Of a DNA stretch of 20,000 nt, positions 1-9,760 are shown piece after piece. Origin of the DNA: Catajapyx aquilonaris (taxonomy: Eukaryota); contig JYFJ02000468.1 of the NCBI GenBank assembly GCA_000934665.2, forward strand, positions 108,486-128,485, given 5' to 3'. How positions within the stretch are numbered: the first letter of the stretch is position 1; every line of letters starts with the position of its first letter. Both the position numbers and the translations under genes were made by a program. Under the pieces are notes generated by a model. That model made no database searches. It was not told the DNA's origin and worked only from the letters and a program-made list of their open reading frames with translations.

Positions 1-135
1 CTAGCTATGTAGTCAGAATATGCCCCAACATTCCTGGCACATTCCTCAACTGATAAAGCCAGGGAAGCATCACTGGTTGCAAGTCACTGCTAAAAAATAA
101 GCAGCATAGTGCAATATTTCCGATAATTGTTAGGA

Positions 136-158
136 CAAAAAAGTTGAGACACCCTGTA
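136..158. mobile_element. Possible right end of a Tc1/mariner-type non-autonomous element
   Basis: caaaaaagttgagacaccctg-TA (reverse complement TA-CAGGGTGTCTCAAC) resembles common animal TcMar MITE termini with a TA target site. The partner end would lie before the window start. Confidence 0.35.
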
Positions 159-536
159 TATAGAACCGGGACGCATTTGTCAGAGACTGTAGTACTCGTA
201 CCGATTCGTACTGATCATATGGTAAAAGAGCATTAATGTTCTCTAGTTATGTAATTCCGCCAGAAATAATTGCCCGTAACACTTCCGCACTGATCATTTG
301 CAAAAATATTCATTGCGTAACCATATGTTGGCAATAATTTGTTCCCAACAGGTCACCTGATAATGAACACATTAAATTGCAAAAAGTGCCATAATGAGAA
401 AATGATTTCATCTGTCACTAGAATGATGTTGTATAATGTTACAGGTATATCCATAGAAACTATCATCGCCGTTATTATTAATTACATGTCCCCAAAGAGT
501 ATGCCCTATATGAAATCCTCCTCCTAAAATAACATC

Positions 537-3500
537 ATGGAGACAGGCAAGGGCAACATGGGCATTTTCTCAACATCTGAGGATTTCAAGAAGAAGAGCA
601 AACCCGACTCATTAGCAGGGTAAGAAAATCTATCTTTATCAAAATCAGCCCAAGTGAAGGTTTGCTATCGATATTGTTGTGATGTAAGTAAAAACACCGT
701 TATGAACATTTGCGGTTTAGTACTGCAGTTTTTATGTCCAATGGTCGTAACTATACTATTTGACGTAATAATAAATTATTCCGGTTGCACGCACTTTCTT
801 AATTCTTGTCTGATCCGTCACCCAGTCATATGCAATCCCTGGGCTACACGCCTCCAAAATACACAGAATGGGTGAACAAACTGGAATCGGTGCAAGTAGA
901 GCTCGCTTCCTACAAATTCCAGGACCCTGCTCAAGAAAGGCTGGATAACTTCAGGTACCCTCATTTCTCTGCATAGCTCTTTCTCTAAGGTTCGCTTACT
1001 TGTGTACTCTACTTGCAATTTCACTATGCAGCCTCTCGTTTCTGGAACAACTCAAAGTGGGATATCCAAGCTCAGAAGCAGCTACGCAAACTGATAAAGC
1101 ATATATGAGAGATGTCAGAGAGACAGCAGATCGTATGAATGAGATTACTATGGTCAGTTAGCTACAAAATGAAGGTGACACGCTGCTGCAACCAGAGAAG
1201 GCTTTTGACATGGCGAGAGCTATTTTCAACAATGTATAAGCAACATAACTAACTGTTCACATTGCGTCATTGTCCTTCACTGGTTGCAGCCACTCTAGAA
1301 ATACAATCCAGGGTTAGATTTTAAAAGACAAGTTGATTACAGGACCTGGCAGAACTTTCAAAGATATTTAGAGGTCGTGTGGAAATGCAAAGCTGCCAAA
1401 TCAACAATATCATGGAGATATGTGCCGATAAAGCGTAAGTGCCTGTATAGAGTTACAAATTGTTTGCCCTACAGCCACCAGTTTTTTTAAAGTAACAATC
1501 TGAAGGTTGTTGATTTCAAACTGTTGATGATCGTCAAATTAGTTTCTGTGAGAGTGACAAACATTGCACTATGCTGATGGTCTGTAAGACATACCGATAA
1601 TAATCAAATGCAAAGATTCTCTATTGATATTATTGCAAACAGAAGTAGGGATATGGAAATTATTTTCTTGGCGTATACGAGTGGTATATCTAAGAACATT
1701 CAGATATTTGAAGCGGCTTTACAGGCACAGGAAGCTATTAGAAAGAGTGGAATACACTGAGAGGACGTACCGAGATCGCATCGATGAACTAAGATTGCAC
1801 TTTTGGGGACTCTTCGAAGAGTTTGCTTCCCAAAAGGCCAGATCAAACAAGGCCGATTCGATGGGTCTTAGCGCCATTGAAGTAAGGCCATAGTAGATAA
1901 TAAAATTGTCATTTTAAGCATTTATGAATCATAAAAATTGCTTCCTAATAACGTAGGCTTCCCAAACTACAGTCCGTAAAACCAAAGAACGATATGACGT
2001 CACGTTCAGCCCCACCTCTACCCTCCTATCATGTCCCCGAATCACTCTGCAAGCATACTTCTGTTCAAGCTCATAAAGCACGGCTGGTGTGACGTCAGAT
2101 AGTTCTTTGGCTTAAAGGACTGTAAGAGGCATATAATCTAACCAGGATTATTTTAACAGTTGATTAATACCTGATCCGGTGTTAATATGTTTATTTTAAA
2201 TTCGCCCATTAGCGAGTGAAGAGGTACAAAGCTCTACTGGACTTGGCCGAAGAAGGACTGAAACGTGCTGCCCATACTCTACCTCATGGGGTCCCACAGG
2301 AAATGCACGCCAGAAAATGCCTTCATCGGATAAACGTAGTACGAGACAGGATTAAAGAGGTCATTCAACTTAATATTATATACGTAGTAGCACACAATTA
2401 TTATTACAAAAATAAATAACACATTCCTCACATGCACGCAGGGAGATTTCTTACGATCCGAACTGACAGCAGTAATTGTCCTGAAGGACATCTTGAGGTT
2501 TCAGAGCGACTTGTACAAATATTTATTTAAAGAAAAAATCAAGATGGAAGCTCAAATGGAGGAGACTGATCGGTTGTATTTTGAGTCTCTGTCAGAAAAA
2601 GACGAGGTAAAGTATAGTATAAGAATGAAATGGGAGCATCAATCGCCGTCATAAGCTTCCCTCCACAATCATGTTATTCTTATTTATTCACATTTTCTGT
2701 GAAGATGCTGGAAGGCCCTGATTATGACGAACTTCAGGCATCAAAAGCAAAGGAGGCCACTCTGCTCCAGCAACTAGAGGCTTCTAGGGAACAAATCAAG
2801 GTGTTTACGAAATTGGTCAACGAGAAGACAGCAGAATTGAGGGAACTGGAAGACATTCTGTTTTTGAGAGTAAAAGAAAAGGTGAGGTTACGTAAAGTGC
2901 ATATTCACATTAATTTTCAGTATGGTTATAAAACTGTGTGGATTCTATACACAAACCTCTCACACTCCACTGTTTTTGTGGAACTGGCACATGACACTAC
3001 TTCTCACTTGTAGTTTTGGTGTCAACTTATACACCCAGGTATGGGCTTGAAGACATTTTTTCTCTCCATTAGACTGAAAAACTGAAGCGGCTTGAAGGTC
3101 TCCGCAAAGGGTCATTTGCAGCATCCAGAAGCAAACGGTCAGATTTTTTGAAATATTCTTCTCTATCTAATATTGTGTCGCTAGGTATAGAGTACTGCTG
3201 ACTAATTACATTTGTTCCTGATGCACAATGGTGCACACAAACTTATACGATTAACTTCAAACTGCGAATTGAAGTAAAGCTGTCGTTATCATTACGGACT
3301 TGAAGCAGTCTAAATATGAATATCAATCATGAATATGAAGTGTATCATTGCATTGGGTCTTCGCTCATTAGGAAAGACATGATGAAGAAATTACCAGGGG
3401 CCAAGTCAGGGGCACTCCGAGCAGTCGCATCTCGTCTTCAACCAAAGGTCAAAAGCGAACTATCGAAGGTGGAAAAGAAATTACTCAAAAAGCTCGTTAA

Positions 3501-6066
3501 GGGCGCCGGCGAAGAGGAAGAAGCAGAAGTTGACGACCAGGAGTTCGCGGGAATGAAGAAGAAGAAGAAGCCGAAGAAACAGCCGAACCAGAAAAAAATT
3601 ATTGAGAAGGAAGTCGCGTCTGACACGGAGATGGACAAGCAGAAGGAAAAAAAAGACGTGAAGAGCCAAAAAAGGAGGCTTAAGAGCGCGCCGGCCATTC
3701 TTTACGAGCGGAAAGAGAAGGACTACAAGAAGCTGTGGATACCTGTTACAGAGAAGACGAAAGAAGGGAAACAAATGAAGGTGCGACATATGGACTTCAA
3801 GGAAAAAGAGATCAATTGGGTTGTCGAATCGACGGTGGAGGAACAAGACTGGAGGGCAGAAAGAGATAAAGTCAAATCGGTTAGGAGACACACTTATCCG
3901 AAGCACGGGATGCCCCTACCGAAAACCGATACCAAAACCCCTCTTGACATTGTGGACACCAAAACAGGTGCCACAAAGCCTTCAGATGCCCAGTATTCGA
4001 AAAAGAAGGTTGGAGAAGCACCGGTACCTCAAAAAGCGAAAGTGACCGGCAGGATCGGCGAGGAAGTACAGCTTGGTGGCCCGAAGCAGAAGCCTCCAGA
4101 TCAGACCGACTCGGAGGCTGAGGACCAGCACAAACCAGTTGTGCCCCAGTACAAAACAGATAGGTTCGAGAGAAAAAGAGAGAGGTTCCAGGAAAAATCA
4201 TATGGGTACCAGGAAAAACCACTTGGGTTCGAGTTAAAAGCAGATGCTGGGTTCCAGTTCCAAATAAAAGGGGCCCAGGTAAAAGGAGCCGATGAGCACC
4301 AGCCCAAACGAGATGAGTACCATATATACCAGCCCAAACGAGATGCGTACCAGTCCAAACGATATGAGTACCAGCGCAAAGCAGATGAGTACCAACGCAA
4401 AGCAGATGAGTACCAGCGCAAAGCAGATGAATGCCAGCCCAAACGAGTTGAGTACCAGCGCAAAGCAGATGAGTACCAGCCCAAACGAGATGAGTACCAG
4501 CGCAAAGCAGATGAGTACCAGCCCAAACGAGATGAGTACCAGCGCAAAGCAGATCAGGACCAGCCCAAACCAGATGAGTACCAGCGCAAAGTAGACGAGG
4601 ACCAGCCCAAACGAGATGAGGACCAGCCCAAACCAGATGAGTACCAGCCCAAACCAGATGAGTACCAGCCCAAACCAGATGAGTACCAGCCCAAACCAGA
4701 TGAGTACCAGCGCATAGCAGAGGACCAGTGCAAAGCAGATGAGGACGAGCGCAAAGCAGATGAGTTCAAGCGCAAAACAGATGGGGAGCATGACCTGAAC
4801 GTAATTCACCGGAGATCTACAGCGTCACGGTACAGCACGCGTCGGCACTATGGCGATGACACTCTTAGAAGCGTGTCCAGCAGGGAAGCACTGTTAGACG
4901 ACGGGCGCTTTCTCGACGAGTGGCCTTACACAGAGCGAGAGGCACGACAGAAAGTCATAAGAAGGCAACGCGAATTGTCCTCATTGTCAGGCGAGGACTC
5001 CCGATCCTTTCACAGTGACATTTACGACGGTTCGAGGTTCCTCGGTCGTCGACGACGCACTGACAGCGGTACTGTGGACTGGGATGACGGCTGGGTCTCC
5101 TCCGACCGTGCATCAGGCAGCAGGGGTCGATTTCGTCCTAGCACCCCTGGTCGTAGGTACGGGCCCGATTCTGGCTCGTTTCGTCGCGAAGACGTCGGTC
5201 GTCGGCCGGTAGACATGGGAGATGAGCATGATTGGGAAAGTCACGACCAGTTTCCGACGAGGGCCAGCCATCGTCGTGATATTCGCAGTAGGAGTCGTCG
5301 CTACAGCAGGTTCGACGAAGACGAGGATCATTTTCCTGATAGCTCCAGCCGGTCACATGGTCGCCCTACGGTCGGTCGTCTTGGAGTGTCCAGCAGCATG
5401 TGCTTGAGCTGTACTATGGGGTAGGTTTATGACCCAGTGTGTTGATGGCGAGCTATAACGACGCAAACCCTCCTCTTGACAGGCGATCTGATAGAGAACT
5501 TGGTGACACTGACTCATTCGCGTACGTTGATGCGGCAGTAGCGAAAAAAGCGATGGAAGTGCAAGTCGACGAAAAAATGGCGGAAATGGTAGAGCATTGG
5601 GAAGACTATAGTGATCTCATAGCCAACATCGACTGGGAGAAGATGTCAGTCATGGAGTGTCCAGACGGGATTGGAAAGGTGCGTTTACGGTCAGTTGTTC
5701 TGTGTATAAAAACGTCGTGAGTGATTGGTGAATTAATATCTTTGCAGGGTGAGTGGCTGAATATGCGTCTAATTCGAGACGAGACATCATGGCAGTTGCG
5801 CTTCCACATTTTGCATCGGACCATATTGGCTCATCGCAACGAAGCAATGCTCAGGAAGTCCATGTTTCAGCGTTCTGTTGCTCTGCACCACGTGGCGCCC
5901 GGATTTTATGAGGTAGGATATGCTTAGCAGGATGGTGCACTGCCCAATAATTATTGCAAAGGATGGGTGGAGAATCTGACAGTATATTGCCATTATATTA
6001 TTTCAGGAAGAAGGTAAACCTCCTATGGGTTTGCATGGTGTCCGGTTTGAACCGGACTCGTCCTAA
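537..6066 (+). CDS. C10orf67: C10orf67-like (DUF4709/DUF4724) coiled-coil protein with a large repetitive insert; 13 coding exons, ~1208 aa
   Basis: Hand-spliced exons, all GT-AG and phase-consistent: 537-619, 826-954, 1032-1152, 1343-1434, 1704-1881, 2213-2359, 2442-2606, 2705-2881, 3073-3137, 3372-5420, 5483-5678, 5748-5912, 6007-6066(TAA). Total 3627 nt with no internal stop. Exon 3 LSFLEQLKVGYPSSEAATQTD resembles the recalled human C10orf67 N-terminal motif (DDLKIGFFSTDHATQTD). Exon 12 SWQLRFHILHRTILAHRNEAMLRKSMFQR resembles its recalled C-terminal motif ([29 protein letters not shown]). The start codon and a few weak splice sites (1704, 2359) are less certain. Confidence 0.75.
4288..4776 (+). 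repeat. Coding 21-bp minisatellite, ~23 units, encoding [A/R/P]DEYQ[P/R]K heptads
   Basis: Units such as gca-gat-gag-tac-cag-cgc-aaa, cga-gat-gag-tac-cag-ccc-aaa and cca-gat-gag-tac-cag-ccc-aaa are directly visible. The two indels (+9 nt, -3 nt) keep the frame. Confidence 0.97.
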
Positions 6067-6404
6067 TGAGTAAGCCTGTGAGTTTGGTTGTGCCTATGCC
6101 ACATCTTTGGCACGAACCACGGCATTTGACATCACATTTCAAAAAAGCCAATCTATGCGTTCGTTTCCTACTTCTCAACTTGGAGTTAGCCCTAACCAGA
6201 GATGAGAAAAGTCGCCGGCCCGCAGTGAATGACAGTGAATTGCCTTGAGGACACTCATATATGATATTTCCAGGTCAACAAGCAATGAGAAACCAGTTTG
6301 CCATTCTGGGGAGTTATAGCGCGCAGCGCGCAGTAACCTGAATATGAAAAATAACGCTCTTTTTAAATTCAAATTATTAACATCTAAACTTTGAAAGGGG
6401 AAAC

Positions 6405-6410
6405 AATAAA
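6405..6410 (+). terminator. Probable polyadenylation signal of the C10orf67-like gene
   Basis: AATAAA ~340 nt after the TAA at 6066. Confidence 0.45.
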
Positions 6411-6855
6411 AATTATTTGTACTACTGCAGCTTTCAGCTGTCTATTCCATGATTGTGAAGCTGAAGTCATGAAGAATAAGTAGTATGGTCACTATACCCC
6501 ACTCACTGTACATGTATGTTTATTAGTGATTTCAGATAATAGCAGGCATATTATATGACTTCAGCTACACCACTGATGAAACATACAGTGCATCTGATTA
6601 AAAAACGGGAATTGACTCGGAAGAGGGTCAAAAAGGGACATGTCAAATTGTCAAGCAGGGCTGCATGGGAGATGTGTCAATATCAATATAATTATATGCC
6701 TATCCATTCTGGTGCCAGTGACTTGTGGTGAAAGTGTGTCTGGAGGCCAGTCCATGCTTTTTGTGGTTAAGCAAGTGGATTTGTCACATATCAGGATCGA
6801 AGGCAGTGTGGTAAGTGAAGTTTAATTATTTAGGTAATTCTTGTGCTTACAAGGA

Positions 6856-6966
6856 GGTACTCCGGTGTACACCAGCAGTGGTACTCTTTGGTACTCTTCA
6901 GTACTCCCAGGTAATTCTTGGTACTACACTACTTGAATTTGGTACTCCGGTGTACACTTTACAGTC
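6856..6966. repeat. Short subrepeat array (GTACTC motif, 10-bp period) bounded by an exact 17-bp direct repeat
   Basis: ggtactccggtgtacac at 6856 and 6941; gtact-like units at 6881, 6891, 6901, 6911, 6921. Confidence 0.7.
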
Positions 6967-7401
6967 GAGTGAGTCCCCCCTCGCGCATACATCCTCTTCA
7001 AAAAACCTACTATGGGGCTGGCAGATATGCTGGTTGGACGTGACACACTGGTCAAGTGGAGCAATAGTATGCCGTTTGAAATGCATGCTTTAATTTGTTA
7101 GCCTCTTGCCACGAAAATATGCTCATTGGTAACAATATAAGTTACTTGGCAGTAGTTGCATTTTCATTAACAGCTAAAATTGAGTTATCATTCTGTCACA
7201 GCTCTGGAATCATTAGAAGAATTTCTTCTTAAACCAAGATTTTATCACAATTAGAATAATCAAAACAGTCAATGAAGAAAGTCCATGTAGCCTCCATTCT
7301 GAGAAAGAATCTGCTGTGTATTAGGGAAGTCCAATGATTTTTTTTTTTTACAAAATAATTTTGAAACCTCCCATATTGCATACCACAAACAGAATAGTCA
7401 G

Positions 7402-7480
7402 GGAGGTGGAGTGGTGCTGGGGTAATGTATGCGCCCACGGATGTTAAGGTCCCAGGTTCGATCCCAGCCCGGGGACACCC
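7402..7480 (+). mobile_element. tRNA-derived SINE-like head (Pol III A/B boxes)
   Basis: A-box-like TGGTGCTGGGG (7412-7422) and B-box GGTTCGATCCC (7455-7465) at tRNA-like spacing, with aaggtc before the T arm. The stems do not close a proper cloverleaf. Confidence 0.5.
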
Positions 7481-7751
7481 TCTTCATCTCGTGCAGAGTT
7501 AGGCCATCTCTGGCGGTATCTCCAATAGACAAACCACCCGGGGGAGTTCACAAAACAACCACACATGAGACATTGCACTACACCTTGCACGTCCCCTCCT
7601 GTCATCTCGCCCGTGGACCAGGGAGTTCCAAAAATATGGTCTCACTGTACTATGTACTACAAGAAACAATAAAGGTTGGTGCTGCATACCCCAGGGTCAG
7701 GCACTACCCAAGGATTTGGGTACGTTTATGGTACCTAAGTCAGAAGTCAGT

Positions 7752-7757
7752 TTTATT
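7752..7757 (-). terminator. Probable polyadenylation signal of the downstream acid phosphatase
   Basis: TTTATT on + (AATAAA on -) ~105 nt past the stop at 7862. Confidence 0.5.
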
Positions 7758-7861
7758 CCACAAAATCTGTATTGTTTTTCATCGGATTAAAAATATAAAA
7801 TAACAAATAGTAAAAGGTCCTGATATCAGCCATAAAATAAATATCAAGATGAATAATTTAA

Positions 7862-9760
7862 TTAACATTCTTTGGTGAAATCTACCACCAGTAGAGGTTG
7901 TGTGAGTTGAATAAACTTGTTCAATGGGCAAGTCTCAATGCAACCTGGCATAGTCAGTACGTATGGTTCCCTCTTCGTCTCATTGTAGTAGAGTAACTGC
8001 AAATTAAAAGTAGATATAACATGATAATGGATAAATCATGGATATGTCAAACTTGTCTCACACACCTTGACAAAGTGACCCCCGAAAGCACCTTGGTGTA
8101 GTTCAACTAACACAGTTGCTCCAAAAGGTGGCTGGTGGGGATCAAAAACACCCAGCAGAGAAAGAAAACTTGCAATGTTTGTGTCATGAGCTGAATACAG
8201 AAAAAGTTGCCTCTCAGGAGGATCAAGCCTGTTCGCAGAAAAGTCTGACAGGTGCTGAATAATTTCATTAAGTAGTGGTCCTGCTTTAATGCGTCTCATT
8301 TGTTGCGTGTAGTAGCGCATAGTGAAACTGTACTGCATAGGGAGTCTCATTTTCTCTGGATACACCCGTTCACTCCATTTGGGTAACGTTAGGTTGTTGT
8401 CTCTCTGCAAAATAGAGTTGAGGTTTCAATTTTATAACACTCGAAATAAAAAAGTTGATTAAACCCATTTGCCTTGTATAAGCATAAGTATAGTCAGTTT
8501 TGCTGACAGAAATGAAACCTTTGACTTCTTATCTCTCACAAAAAGGGCACTATTTCTGAGCAAAGGCAAAGGAAAACCCTACGGTTAACTTACTTCAACT
8601 GTCAGATCATCATACAAGTCATGGACCCCAAGCGGTTCAGTGATGTTTGCCCCACTCATTTCTGTCAGAAAGTCGTACAACCAAGAGTATTCTCTCTGGA
8701 TACGCTCCATTTCTAAGCTGGACATTACTTGCTTCAATTCTTCTTCATAGCGACTGCATGGGTACTCTTGGAACAAGAGCTGTAAAAGTGAATCATTCGC
8801 GTCTCAAACTATGTAATGTAGGAAATTAACTTACATAGTCTGAATCAGTTGGCACACTGTGCACTGGAATAGGCTGCCATTTTACATCATGATTCCACAC
8901 TTGGTATCCTTCTGGAGGGTACAAGCCAGCCAGAAGAGATTCAGCACTCATGAGGGTGCGCTCCATGTCCGTACTTCTCGCATACACATACTTGTAAAAA
9001 TACTTCTTTTGGAGGAAGTTAGCATAACGCTTGCGGATATATTGGCCCAATTCATACATACGAAGCTTGCCAGCCTGGAAGTTATTGCCTGTATGTCACA
9101 CAAGTGCTGCTCTGACTTGTACCATATTCCTTACCCACATTAGTGAGTTGACCAAGTCCACTTGGCCAGTACGATGTGTTCACATACGGATCGTTTGGGG
9201 TTCCTCTGTACACACTTCTGTCACCATGACGATGTATCTGTAAAAAAAAAATGCACTGTTGCAATGCTCTATTACATCTGCTTTCATTATTGTGCCAGGG
9301 AGCATATACTACATCAATGTAGTATATGCTCCCTGATTGTGCATTCATTCTTGGAGCATGTTGCTAAACTCAGTGGCTGCCACAGCAGGAAGTAAGCAAG
9401 TCATTTTTCAACAATAAATTACTTACTTCCTGCTGTGTCAACAGCGGAGTTTAACAACATGCACTTGGTTACACAATTGTCGTGAAGAACTGTTTTTTAT
9501 CGAAAGCCATAAAAAGTCTCACATTCATGATAAAATTCCTCCTAATTATCCTGAACTGCACTCCCTCATTTTCTGTGCTTGTGCACTTCCATCATAGAAA
9601 AGAAATTCACAAATGCAACTGTAAAGTATGTTCTCACCACATGTAGTAGTTTCATCGTTGATGCCACATGTATCGGATAGCTCAGCACAAATACCACAAC
9701 AGCAGAGATTAACACAAAATAAGCAAACCAAACTGCACGTAGTCGTGGCCTCCACCACAT
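7862..9760 (-). CDS. Histidine acid phosphatase (prostatic/venom Acph-1-like), no C-terminal transmembrane anchor; 6 exons, ~373 aa
   Basis: Exons (minus strand) 9760-9638, 9237-9139, 9074-8835, 8779-8594, 8404-8066, 7996-7862(TAA); all phase 0 and GT-AG. N-terminal hydrophobic segment WFAYFVLISAVVVFVLS. Motifs: RHGDRS, WPSGLGQLT, RSTDMERTLMSA, WQPIPVHS, LYSAHDTNI. Ends PGCIETCPL...FTKEC*. An in-frame upstream ATG at 9880 is an alternative start. Confidence 0.92.
9356..9462. repeat. Inverted repeat (44-bp arms, 19-nt loop) in intron 1 of the downstream acid phosphatase
   Basis: 9356-9399 vs reverse complement of 9419-9462: 37/44 identical, with an exact core cacagcaggaagtaag/cttacttcctgctgtg. 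Confidence 0.88.

Noticed and set aside
339..527. ORF or possible upstream exon after the acceptor-like cccaacag at 351
   Set aside because: It could be 5' UTR, but I could not join it confidently to the coding frame.
4288..4776. CRISPR-like appearance of the array
   Set aside because: Head-to-tail units with no unique spacers, lying in frame within a eukaryotic exon, and no cas genes nearby.
4101..4809. Antisense and alternate-frame ORFs over the repeat (LVLICFA, WYSSALR and MSTSAKQ repeats), one resembling a membrane protein
   Set aside because: These are by-products of a stop-poor 21-bp repeat. The + frame continues into non-repetitive coding sequence on both sides.
3316..5424. 702-aa ORF as a stand-alone gene
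   Set aside because: A phase-compatible acceptor (3372) and donor (5421, GTAGGT) link it to flanking exons. Its ATG and TAG fall in introns.
6066..6248. 60-aa ORF overlapping the stop as TAATG (stop-restart style)
   Set aside because: Short, no recognisable motif, and in the presumptive 3' UTR; chance is sufficient.
7402..7480. Functional tRNA gene
   Set aside because: The T, anticodon and acceptor stems do not pair properly and no T-run terminator follows; treated as SINE-like.
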